Positions 35,701 through 47,505 of a DNA stretch of 64,000 bases are shown one piece after another. The notes below the pieces were generated by a model. That model was given only the letters and a program-made list of their open reading frames with translations, had not been told where the DNA came from and did not search any database. Origin of the DNA: Macrostomum lignano (lineage: Eukaryota); NCBI GenBank assembly GCA_002269645.1, contig NIVC01000028.1, positions 310,001 to 374,000 of the forward strand. The letters are read 5' to 3'. Position numbers and translations under genes: made by a program. Each line of letters opens with the position of its first letter. Positions within the stretch are counted from its first letter, which is position 1.

Positions 35701-38700
35701 TTGATGGCTGCCAGCATGAGGGGCGTGAATTCACACTGACCCGTGGCATTGGCGGAGGCTCCGGCAGCCAGCAGAGCGGAGGCTGCGGCAGAATTGCCAG
35801 TCCTGGCTGCATGGTGCAGGCAACTTTCAGCCAATATAGTCGCACAGGTGGGGTCACCTAGCTGCACCAGCTGCTCCCACTGAGCCTCATCACCACACGA
35901 GCTGTTCTCAGCTGCCCACATCAACGCGGTGCGACCCCGAATGTCAGGCAGGTCGCAGTTGCCGCGGGTCGCCGCTCGCCGCAGCCCCGCCAAGTCGCCC
36001 GCCTCGGCCAGCCGCTCCAGTTTCTGTCGAACCGCCTCCTCCTGCAAAGGCGAGCGGGAAATTTGAGCACAGCTGCTCAGCTGCAGCCGCATCGGCACTG
36101 CAGATGCCGCTCACCTGGTCTGTCAGGCCGGAGATCTTGTCACCTTTGCTCACAACCAGCCGCATCTCCCTGAAACAACAAAAATGAGCAGCGAATTTGC
36201 AATTTTCTCAAATCCGACAACTAAGATCGCAAAAAAATTAATTCCAAGATGTATGAATTAATTTTCATGATAAATTCAGTAGACAGAAATGTTTTGTTTG
36301 AAGAACGCCAAGTCAATGAATTATGGTAGTTTGAAATTAAGCTATATTTTAGCGGCAGCGCGCTCCTAGGGTCTTGTGCTCCTAAATGAAAAGATTCAAA
36401 GCTTAGGAAACAAAGGAGAGTACCGTATCGCGTCGCATAAACCATAGACTATTTTCGAAGTAAAAGTCTATACTTTGCAGTAGTCATAGCAATACGCAAC
36501 ACCCCCACCGATGCTTATACAGTGCAGTTCAAAGTTACGCCTTAAGCAATTCAGTAATAAGTCAATCGTTCCGGAGGTCGCCTGACTCGTGTGCTCCTAC
36601 GGAACTCGAGCACACCGTGTTCCTTGTGCCTAGGCGACTGCATTGCATGGCGCATTGGACTTGTGGTAGCACTGTCTTGGCACGTAGTTGCATCAGTATC
36701 ACGAGGGGTGATCCCAGACTGCTTCGAATCATCAATCGGTAGTTCCTCTGTACGAGCAGTAGCATCGGACTGGTGCACTAGTCGTCCTTCTGCGTCTCGG
36801 AAAGTATTTGTACCAACTGTAGACTTCAGCTCAGAGGGGACCCGTTGCTCCTTGTGCTCCACACGCACGAAAACAGGAACTGGCTCTTGAACCGGCCTCG
36901 TCCTCTCTGTACAAATGGCTGATAGACGTGTTCGGGGCGACTGCTGAAACACCAGAAGTGCCGGAATTGATCCATTGCAGTGAGGAGTCGTATTCTGAAA
37001 CAGGCAGAATCCTGCTCAATGCCTTTCCAGCTCAGAAAGATTGGCACCAGCGTTTAACTTTCTTAAATAAAACTTCAGTTCTTCAATGACTCTCTCCACC
37101 TGACCGTTGGATTGATGATGTCCTCGGGGAGTAAGTGTGTGGTCGATGTAGTTCTCTCGCAGGAAAGTAACGAAATCTTCTGCCACAAAAGTTCCACCAT
37201 TGTCCGAAACCAGATTTTTCGGCAATCCGGTATACTTGAACGTTTTTCTCAGCGCACTGATGACAATGGATGCTTTCATTGACGGCACGGACTGTACATC
37301 TACCCATTTTGAAAATGCGTCAACCAGGACAAGGAAGCGTTGACTTTTGAAAGTAGCGATGTCAACGTGAACTCTCTCGAAGAAACTTTTTGTCTCCGGC
37401 CATGACGACAGATTTGCATTGCTTCTTTTCCTAGCATGTAGCTGGCATTGAACACAACGTTGAACGAATGCATTGATTTGAGCATCTATGTCGGGCCACC
37501 AGAAGTACTGTCTGGATAGACGTAGCATCCTCACGATGCCGGGGTGGTCCTCGTGAAGCATCTGAAGAATTTCGCTTCTCAGGCTAGAGGGTGGGACGAT
37601 GCGCAATCCTTTGAAAATCAATCCGTTTTGGAGTGTGTATTCCAACTTATTGCGTGAATATGGCAGCATAGCTGGTGGTGGATAAGCAGGCCAGCCGTCT
37701 TGAATGTACTTCTTGAGCATGTCCAACTTGTAATCTTTAGTTCGCACGATCCTCTGCAGTAGCTGTTCGGGGTTTCCGAAACCCTCCAGTGCATTGATTT
37801 CTATGAGGTTGATCTTCTGATCCGCTGAGTCCGACTGCAATGGAAGTCTAGACAAAGTGTCTGCAGCGTACATCGTTTCACCCTTGACGTACTTCACATT
37901 GTAATCGTAAGCTCTTAACAGTAATGCCCATCGCTGAATCCTTGCTGAAACTCGCTCGGAGACCTTGTTCGGATTAAATATGTACTGAAGCGGTCGGTGA
38001 TCAGAAATGATGGTAAATTTTCGACCCGCGAGGTACTGATAAAAGTATCTGGTCCCTTCGACGATCGCTAACGCCTCCCGCTCAATGTTAGCGTAGTTGC
38101 TCTCCGCTGGAGTCAGGACTCGGCTGCCTAGCCAGACAACCTGTCGTTGCATTGGATCATGAGCTAGAACGTACCCGAGGCCATCCTTAGAGGCGTCACA
38201 AATCAAGTACAACGGTTTCGTAATGTCGTATGCGGTTATCACACCGCCTGCAATAATGCTCTTCAGCTTGTCGAATGCCGCAGACTGCTCTCCATGCCAA
38301 CTCCAGTGAACTCCTTTCTTCAGCAGCTGATATAACGGTCGTGCAATCATTGAAAAGTTTTTGCAGAAGACGCCATAGTGTCGGAAGGTGCACAGAGCGC
38401 TACGCAGTTGGTCTTTGTCTTTTGGATATGGTAACCTCTTCCACGCCTCCATTCGTGCTGGGTCGGGGTGCATGCCTCCATCGCGCAAAATGAAGCCAAG
38501 AAATCGAACTTCTCTACGACATTCTTGAGACTTTCTCTGGTTAATCTTGAACCCGCAGTTTGCCAAACGATCCTTGACTTGACGAACCAGCTGCATGTGT
38601 TTTTCGACTGAATCCTCAGGAGTCCCAATACCAGGGGGGTAATGATGTCATTCTGATATGAGGCTGTAAATGGTTTTTTATTATAGGCAGGGGGGTTGTG

Positions 38701-41700
38701 TGCACCCTGGCGCACTTTAAGCGACATAGGCACACAACCGGCGAGAGGCATTACTGCCCATTCCGCCGACTCCCCTGAGCTGGCATACAAGCGCGCGGAT
38801 ACGTACGCAGGCACACACTCACACAGGAGTGTACAGCGGCCCTAACTTTATATACATACTTAACAGGGGCGGTAAATGGTACATCCCGAAGAACTTCGTC
38901 CATGATTTCCTGAAATATTAGAGGCGCCACGGAAATCCCGAATTGTAGATATCTGAATGCAAAGAATCCCATGTGAGTAGAAATGCATGTGAGCTCTTGG
39001 CTCTCAGGGGATAGAGCCACCTGTAAGAAGGCCTGTTCTAAGTCTAGGACCGTATAGAATTTAGCGTTGGGAATCTTAGCCAGGATCTCCTCCATCTTCG
39101 GAAACCTGTACTTGTCCACGTCAATAAGACGATTGAGCGTCATAGAGTAGTCGCCACACAGTCGAATAGGTCTTACTGATCCCTCGGGCTTGACCATTGG
39201 GACTATTGGCGCTGCAACAGTAGGATTCTTGACTGAATAGATGATTCCTGAAGCAAGAAGTCTTCTTAGTTCGGTTTCTACCATAGACTTCATGGAGAAA
39301 GGAAGTGAGCGAGCAGGAAATCGCATGCCTTCCATACTCACACCCGAACGTAAGCGAAAGCTGGCAATGAAGTTTGAGTTTTGATCTCGGACGACTGGTA
39401 GGCACTTGTGTTCATTCGACACTCGAACCGCTTGATCCATTCGCACTAGGTCTAGGGACGGTATGAAGTTCATGCCCAGAATAGCTGTTGTATCTTGACC
39501 GACGTAGATGTTTTCTGAAGCAGACTTGCCACCAATAACCTGTAGCTTTGCCCCGTAGATGACAGAAGTGACCGTAGCTTGAAAACCTCCGTAAGATCTT
39601 AGTTTTTGGCTGACTGGCTGTAACTCTAAGCCTGAGCTCTTATCGATTTGATCCGGAACCACGGTTACTTGGCTGCCGGTGTCCACAAGCATGTTGACTT
39701 CGGTTTTTCCTAGACGACACCGAACAAACCACTGATCTGAGTAACCCGTTTTTGGCTGTCTAACCGCATGAATGAGTTCCAGATGGTAAGAGCTAGTGTT
39801 CCCTGGTGAAGGGCTGCAGCTTGGCATTCGTTGGATTGCGTTCATAGCCTTTGATCTGCACACGGTAGCTAGATGTTCTACCTTGCCGCATTTAGGGCAC
39901 TTGGCTTCTCGGAACCTGCATGCTGATCGTAGATGTCCCGATTTCCCACAGGTGTGACACTTAGCTGTTTTACCTTTAGGTTTGCCGCTCGACTGATTAT
40001 GCAGATGTCCCTGAGGTTGCTTGAATGAGACAGAGCGTTGAGCACTGCAGCTTCTTGGTCTCGAGAATGTCCCAGCATTCTGCACATTAGCGATAGTTTC
40101 CGGCTTGTCTGTAGCAGTTGCAATTGACTCGGTCATGAGTCCCTCTTGAATAGCATCATTAAGCTCAAGCGTGCCTTTGGATAGCAGTTTTTGCCGCAGA
40201 TTCTGACTACGAAGTCCGAAGATAAACTGAGACAGGATCAGGTCTTCGCGCAATTCACCATATTGGCACTTGTTCGCCTGTTGCTTGAGCCGTGCAACGA
40301 AATTTGTAATGCTCTCCGCGTCCTTTTGAACAGTAGAATGGAACACATGTCGCTCATAGTGAAGCAGAACTTTCGGTTTGAAGTGCTCGAGCAAAGTGTC
40401 CTGAATCGACTTGAACGTAACACCGGCCTTGGTGATGTCTTCTGGTTTTATCAGCTCCTCCACCAGATTGAATGCAGATTCACCGCAGGTAGCCAGTAGG
40501 ACTGCTTTAGCTTGCTCATTCTTCTCAGTTGCCTCCAGGTAGAACAGAAGTCGTTTGAAGTATTGTTCTATCTCTGGGTAAGAAAGTGGCATCTCACCAA
40601 GACGGTACTCCATTGACTGAGCCATTTTGAGGGCAGCAGGTGCGGAATTTTCCTCGACCCTCAGTTGCTTTTTATTCTCGTCGCCATGTTTTGTTTGAAT
40701 AACGCCAAGTCAATGAATTATGGTAGTTTGAAATTAAGCTATATTTTAGCGGCAGCGCGCTCCTAGGGTCTTGTGCTCCTAAATGAAAAGATTCGAAGCT
40801 TAGCAAACAAAGGAGAGTACCGTATCGCGTCGCATAAACCATAGACTATTTTCGAAGTAAAAGTCTATACTTTGCAGTAGTCATAGCAATACGCAACAAA
40901 AAATTCCTAATTATCTGAGCTGCTCGCAGATGGACTTTCTGTTGTGTTGCTACTCTATGCGTGTGCGTAATTGTGTGTACGTTCGATGTACATCTCTTAG
41001 CTATCGATCGCATTACAATGTATGATATATAAGTGAGAGCGCGGTGAGTTTGGGAGCTTGAGAGTTTCGCCTACAAACTTGCAGACTGGCTGGCTTATTC
41101 ATTATACAACAGTTTCCAAGAGGCCTGCAGCAGCTCTGCAACAATCAGCATTGGCGAGAGCGCATCCGACTTCTCACACGCAGCTAATTTTCCATTTTTG
41201 CAGCATGATTTTCCTTTCATCTCACAATGTCTCACAAAGCACTCACGCACAGCCTCCCAGTTCTCCATCTACACCTCAACCCACACACTCTCACTACATA
41301 CGAGGCCCTGCAGCTTCCATTCTCGACTGACATCAACCGGCACCCCATTGGCTGTTAGGCAGCCAGCCAATCACAGCTCTCGCCCATCAAGCAGTCAGCC
41401 AGAGACAAGCTCAGCTGACTGGCTCTGATTGGCTGGCCTGAGACTGCAGCTCTGGTCACCCCAGCCGAATGCTGCAAAACTTGATGGACACAGCAGCGAA
41501 CTGCTCACTCACCGCTCGATGTAGCTGGCCAGCTCTGAGTGGCCGCTGAGCCTCGCCAGGTCCGACGCCGTCCGACCCTCGCGATCCTTCAGTCCGAGCA
41601 GCTCCGACCTCTTCGAGTTTCCGTGCTTGAAGCATTCATTGAACCTGGGCTCTCTGAGCAGGTGCAGCAGGTGCTTGGCGCATTTCCAGCTTCCAGTCCG

Positions 41701-42140
41701 CGCCGCCTCCATCAGCGGAGTGGCGCCGTTTTCGTTCCGCAGCCACTTTGCATCGAACGACAGCAGCGTCAGCAGCCGCAGGTGGTCCCGTCGGGCTGCC
41801 AGGTGCGCAGCCGTGTCGCCGTTCGCGTCAGCCGCCTTGGGGTTCGCGCCCAGCTCAAGTAAGTACAAGATGCATTTTTCAGTGTGCACGGGAGTCTCAG
41901 GAGCGTCGGCCGCCAGCATGAGGACGGTCCGACGAGCTGCATCAGCGCTGGAGAGCAGCTGGCGCGTTGCCAGCCGCCGCACCTGGCCGAAGTCACCTCG
42001 GATGAGATAGTGGGTGAGAGTCTGGAAATTTAAACATGTGAGTGAATTCCTGCAACTGCAACTGCAACAGAAATAATTTAATCAGAAATAAATTAAAGTT
42101 TTATTACCTTATCCTCTAACTTAGAGGCTTCATTACCCAT
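25753..42140 (-). CDS. Ankyrin-repeat caspase (ANK-caspase), 8 exons, ~667 aa
   Basis: Exons 42108-42140, 41513-42021, 36115-36169, 35557-36041, 35025-35066, 26952-27011, 26366-26723, 25753-26214. All GT-AG, phases 0/2/0/2/2/2/0 join without a stop (2004 nt). The last acceptor is the least certain. N-terminal ANK repeats, C-terminal caspase. Confidence 0.8.
27030..27105. repeat. 13/15-bp minisatellite (GTAGCTGTGTGCT)n, short copy in the pre-caspase intron
   Basis: Same unit as 48523-48915 and 58817-59185; followed by GAAGGAACT exactly as at 59187-59195. Confidence 0.95.
27471..31389 (-). pseudogene. Gypsy gag-pol (two CCHC knuckles, protease, RT, RNase H, integrase) with frameshifts
   Basis: MSLIGSIGPF..WQQYQERL, CYGC..H..C, CYAC..GH..C, VDTGAS, ICADFK, FVDDLL, CDASPYGIGAV, HQGH..C..C, HIDYAGP, SDNG, SNGQAER. 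Spread over several frames. Confidence 0.93.
31700..33935. repeat. Two ~1-kb cryptically simple pyrimidine-rich (CT) tracts (31700-32660, 32940-33935)
   Basis: Almost purine-free + strand with no fixed period. Confidence 0.95.
32669..32760. repeat. Dispersed repeat head + (GACA)n, second copy at 34921-34996
   Basis: AAGTTTCAACGCTGAGTTGCCACTATTCAAGGAGGAG.TGTCGAAATGACA followed by CAGA repeats at both loci. Confidence 0.85.
36290..40898 (-). mobile_element. Ty3/Gypsy (Mag-like) LTR retrotransposon, full length, recent, in intron 2 of the ANK-caspase gene
   Basis: 212-bp TG..CA LTRs at 36290-36501 and 40687-40898 (3 mismatches). PBS TGGCGACGAG, PPT GGTGGGGG. gag-pro-RT ORF 38751-40625, RNase H-integrase ORF 37016-38596. 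Flanks AGAAA/AAAAA. Confidence 0.95.
38674..38867 (-). mobile_element. 194-bp insertion splitting the Gypsy RT just before the YxDD box
   Basis: Flanked by GGCTGTAAATGG (38662-38673) and GGCGGTAAATGG (38868-38879). A-rich 3' end on the minus strand. Removal joins VPFTA to SYQNDII. Confidence 0.7.
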
Positions 42141-43394
42141 TATGCGTACCTCGACTTGCTTTTTCTCAACTCAGCCTGAAAAGAAAACGGCATGAGCAGC
42201 CGCCCCAACACAGCAGGTTTTATATCGGTCTCAGAAGACAGTGTCTGAGCGATGCACTGCCTGCACCTGATTGGCGAGGTGCCTCGGCCTCGGATTCTTT
42301 TTCGTATGGAATGCATACTACTTATGGCAGTAGCGGTTGGAGTGCAGACTTGCAGAGGTCGAGTGTGTAGTGAAAAATTGCAGAGCTGGAAGAAGAGTGG
42401 AATGTTTTTATGTGAAAATAAATAAACTGGGAAGTAGCAGATACTCGTAGAATATCCAGTTAGAACACACAGACAAAATATACGTGCATGTCAATCTGTC
42501 AAATGTGTCTGTCAAATATGCTGTCAGTCTCGAAGTCACAGCTGATTGCAGGGACACTGCTGGGACCGGATCGCATTGACCATGCAGGGACAGAGAGGAC
42601 TTCTGTGTCCTTTTTGACTAAGCGAGTGTCTCTTGGATCATGCACTATTACATTATTGAATTCGCAGAAAGGACCTGGCATGTACTTTGCACGCTTCTCA
42701 TGGACTCCAGAGAGCGCATAGCGCTGAACGGGGTTTTACCAAAGACAGGTTCGGCTGAGAAAAATCGGATTTCTCCGACAACTGGCCAGCGCATTTCTAA
42801 GAAAATCGGCAGCAGCGCTCTTCTGCTTCAGCTGCGCAAGACGCTTTCAACTCGTCGAAGCGTCCACCAGATGCCATCGCCCACGTAGTCTGCTTGAGAC
42901 AGACCTCTGCCGTCATTGCTTGCCTTCAGTGGAACTGTGGAACTCCTGCTACTCCTACTTCTGGCTGCACTGGTGCCATCTAAGAGCAGCACATCCAGTT
43001 AATGCATGCAATCTTTGCTCATTTCTGACTGCAGTATTTTCATTTCTCTCCGCATTCGAGATTGAGTCTGTGCGAGTTGAGACAGCAGTCGTTTTCAGTC
43101 GGATTGGCTATTTACTGAGCACGATTTATTTGAGATATTATTTTTTTTCATTTTAATTGTGGCTTCCTTGACCCTCAGAGAATTCTGAACACATCGAACC
43201 TCAACTCTGCTGAACAGTCAATGCCTTTTACAGACTGTGAACGCGTCCGACTCTCGCGCCACGATCCGTGGTTCGATTCCGTGTGGGAGGGAGCAAATTT
43301 ATTTGAGATTTCTGCATGAAAATTGACGGGGTTGCCGTCAAATTCACAGCCATGATGGCCGACTCTAAGGTTCTATTCACTGGTCTGTTCCGGT

Positions 43395-44210
43395 TTTACC
43401 CATTGGTCTGTGTCCGGTACTATCCATTGGTCTGTGTCCGGTACTATCCATTGGTCTGTGTGCGGTACTATCCATGGTCTGTGTCCGGTACTAACCATTG
43501 GTCTGTGTCCGGTACTATCCATGGTCTGTGTCCGGTACTATCCATTGGTCTGTGTCCGGTACTATCCATTGGTCTGTATCCGGTACTATCCATGGTCTGT
43601 GTCCGGTACTATCCATTGGTCTGTGTCCGGTACTATGCATTGGTCTGTGTCCGGTACTATCCATTGGTCTGTGTCCGGTACTATGCATTGGTCTGTGTCC
43701 GGTACTATCCATTGGTCTGTGTCCGGTACTATCCATGGTCTGTGTCCGGTACTATCCATTGGTCTGTGTCCGGTACTATGCATTGGTCTGTGTCCGGTAC
43801 TATGCATTGGTCTGTGTCCGGTACTATCCATTGGTCTGTGTCCGGTACTATGCATTGGTCTGTGTCCGGTACTATCCATTGGTCTGTGTCCGGTACTATC
43901 CATGGTCTGTGTCCGGTACTATCCATTGGTCTGTGTCCGGTACTATCCATTGGTCTGTGTCCGGTACTAACCATTGGTCTGTGTCCAGTACTAACCATTG
44001 GTCTGTGTCCGGTACTATCCAATGGTCTGTGTCCGGTACTATCCATTGGTCTGTATCCGGTACTATCCATGGTCTGTGTCCGGTACTATCCATTGGTCTG
44101 TGTCCGGTACTATCCATTGGTCTATGTCCGGTACTATCCATTGGTCTGTGTCCGGTACTATCCATTGGTCTATGTCCGGTACTATCCATTGGTCTGTATC
44201 CGGTACTATC
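43395..44210. repeat. 23/24-bp minisatellite (CCATTGGTCTGTGTCCGGTACTAT), ~34 copies
   Basis: Direct reading. Confidence 0.98.
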
Positions 44211-44774
44211 GATTTTTCTGTGTCTGGTTTGAAAATTTCGAAAATGAGTGCGAGAACTCATCGTTAATTTTAGGATTTATGATTAGAAATTCATTTATTG
44301 GGGTATGGAATTTGGGTGCCACACGGTTTGCTCAAGGACTTCTTCTAGTCTAGAAGTCCTTGGCTTTTTCCATATCAAATGCAGTCCAGGCGCTAGGGAG
44401 TCCCTATACCAGCCTACGGCCTTATCACGAAACCTCACATTAAATGAATTTGCACAGCTAAAAAGAAAATTGTGACAGCGTACAGTTGTAGGCACCTCAC
44501 CCCATGCAGTTTCCTACAAGGGCCCTTGAAACCCACCTGTTTGCATTGCAGGCCATGTTGGACCATTTTCTGTGCTTTATTACGACAAAAACATATGAAT
44601 GAAATTTAATTGAGCGCTGGCTTCGGCTCTGTCCAGATTTTTAGCTGACTCGAGGCTTGGAGATCAGAAACGAAGCAGAATATTCTCATCCAGATATCAG
44701 TACTTGCATTTCCAGTACAAGGCGGCCGATGCAGATATTCAGTTCTGGCTCTGCAGGTTGGCCTCTTCATCATT

Positions 44775-45090
44775 GGCATCCCAGAATCTCTCAGCATCTC
44801 AGAATCTCTCAGCATCCCAGAGTCTCTCAGCATCTCAGAATCTCTCAGAATCTCAGAATCTCTCAGCATCTCAGAATCTCTCAGCATCTCAGAATCTCTC
44901 AGCATCTCAGAATCTCTCAGCATCCCAGAGTCTCTCAGCATCTCAGAATCTCTTAGCATCTCAGAATCTCTCAGCATCTCAGAATCTCTCAGCATCTCAG
45001 AATCTCTCAGCATCTCAGAATCTCTCAGCATCTCAGAATCTCTCAGCATCTCAGAGTCTCTCAGCATCTCAGAATCTCTCAGCATCTCAG
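44775..45090. repeat. 18-bp minisatellite (TCTCAGCATCTCAGAATC), ~17 copies
   Basis: Direct reading. Confidence 0.97.
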
Positions 45091-45487
45091 AATTGTGCAC
45101 TCTAATAAAAAACAAAAGAAACTCTCACATCAAAACTTTCTTAGTTTTTTAATTTAAAATATAAATAAGGGACTCGTACAGTCATGGTACTGACAGTAGC
45201 ATGACACTGACCCAGTTCAATGTACAGAATTAAGGAGAATATGAAAATTGAAATGGGTTTCATACCGAAATGGCTGTCTGGTGACAAACAAAACTAGAAG
45301 TCTTCAGTGAAACTGTTTTAACAGTTTTTCAAGCACCAATCAACCATACGTTTGCATCCAGTTACTGAGGTGTTTTTCACCGAAAATATAAATTAATGGC
45401 CTCTCACTCGCTGCAGATCATAGATCTCATCACGCCTTCCAACCATACCCTGAACCAAACTGCTTCTCTAGCATTAGTTTTGGAGTC

Positions 45488-45761
45488 TTCTCTGAGCACT
45501 CTCAATCAGCCCTTCTCTGAGCACTCTCAATCAGCCCTTCTCTGAGCACTCTCAATCAGCCCTTCTCTGAGCACTCTCAATCAGCCCTTCTCTGAGCACT
45601 CTCAATCAGCCCTTCTCTGAGCACTCTCAATCAGCCCTTCTCTGAGCACTCTCAATCAGCCCTTCTCTGAGCACTCTCAATCAGCCCTTCTCTGAGCACT
45701 CTCAATCAGCCCTTCTCTGAGCACTCTCAATCAGCCCTTCTCTGAGCACTCTCAATCAGCC
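45488..45761. repeat. 25-bp minisatellite (TTCTCTGAGCACTCTCAATCAGCCC), ~11 near-perfect copies
   Basis: Period 25 read directly. Confidence 0.98.
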
Positions 45762-47505
45762 CTGCTGTGTGCTAACTCGGATGCAGCTCAAATTAAAGCC
45801 GAGCCCTTCTTCTGGTACCAATTAATTCTGCAATGAGAAAATGCTGAATCATGATCACATGCAAAGCACATGGATAGCAAAGGATTGCTAAACAGCACTA
45901 CGAGTATGGCGCGATTTTTGAACTTTCCGCTGCAATCAAAGTGCCTCACGTGAGCTCCGCAACCAACAGACAAAGTTTATCTTATCACAAAGCTTTCAAT
46001 GCTCGCACAGCTACTCAAAATAGTCAACAGCTAAACAGTTTATCATGCAGCTCTCCTGCCCAGTGTTTCTTCGACCCTTGACGTCAGTGTCAGCTGATTC
46101 TTGGGGTGTTCTGTTGTGCGTGGCGGTTCTTCTCAGGTGAGCTGTCCGCACCTCTCTTATCGGGAAGACCTGGCTCGATCTGAGCTCAGGTGCAGCCTCG
46201 GTGGCTCCACTTATCTTGTTTTTCTACAGTGTCTGCCTTGAGGTGCGACCTGTGGCACTTTTGCCCTTTTTAGTCTGTCCTTGCAGTGAATCTGAAACTC
46301 TTGTTTGGTCATCGTCTTCGCGAGACACCTCACTGGCACCCCAGTGTCCAGTTCGACCTCCGCCTGCCTCGTTCAGGTGACTCCGACAGGTGACATGCTC
46401 AGCCAGGCCTTTGAACCAAACACGAGCGTGCATTGTAGGGTGCCCAGGCTAAGCCTTGATCCTACGCCCGACCTGCTCATGGATCTGATGCTCCCCAAAC
46501 AGGCTCCCAGCCTCTGCAAGTCATGGATCGGACATTTCCCTGATAAACTATATAAGCAATGAAAACCAAGCACTCATGGCTGATGTGCAGAAACTCTCAG
46601 AAATTTTAACAGCTAAATAAGTTTTTTCTGATTAAAGCAAAACTCGAATTCACGTGCTTCAGCTTGGAGCAGTCGTGAGTTATCTGAGATTGATTCACCC
46701 TTATGCATTGGGCACACACAGAGAATAAAATGTTCCAAGTGTGCTGATTTTTTTATAGTATTTTTGAGGCAAACCAATGGATACAGAGAAAGTCAAATAG
46801 TGAACAAAAATTTCGACTTAACAAGAATCAAAATAAAATCTGGTACAACGAGTAGTTAAGCTTGTTTTCATTGGTACCGATATGAAGGCTCAGGGCTGTT
46901 GCGATTCTCCGTTGGTCTTTGGTAGAATTCACAGGAAAAGCACTTTATACTTTTTTTAAATTAGAAACTTTATCGGAGATTTCCTGTTTAAGTTTAATTT
47001 ACCGTGGGGAGCACGATAACAGTTCCAAATGCACTTAAACGGGAGCTGAACTTTGCTTTCCACCCCCACGCAGCACTTTAGGCAGGACCCATTCCCCTAA
47101 GGCATCTTTGGTCTCGCAGTCCTCCATGTTTCGCAGCCCAGTTTATGGTTTGCTAATCTGAACTGTGACAGGGTGCACTTTAATTCTGGGTTGGAAATTT
47201 CTACATGCACATGTAGCACATGCTTTTCCGTTGACCAGTACCATTTAAAACTAAAGTAAAAGTGACTCAGCTCTGAACAGCTCGGTAATCTTTGTCTACT
47301 CTTTGTCTACTCTTTGTCTACTCTTGCAATTTCTAATTTAAAACTCAGGCACTACCAGTACTTTGGCTATCTTGTAGAATTATCATGTCAAGGACGAAAA
47401 AAGTTTCTAAAAATTGCTCATACGAAGTTTACTGCAGACAGTTCCAAACTAAACAAAAGCTACGTAGAAATTTTCGCCATCGAAGAGCGCTCTGACCGGT
47501 GTCTG

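Noticed and set aside
43316-45115. Long repetitive ORFs ([28 protein letters not shown])
   Set aside because: Products of 23/24-bp and 18-bp minisatellites.
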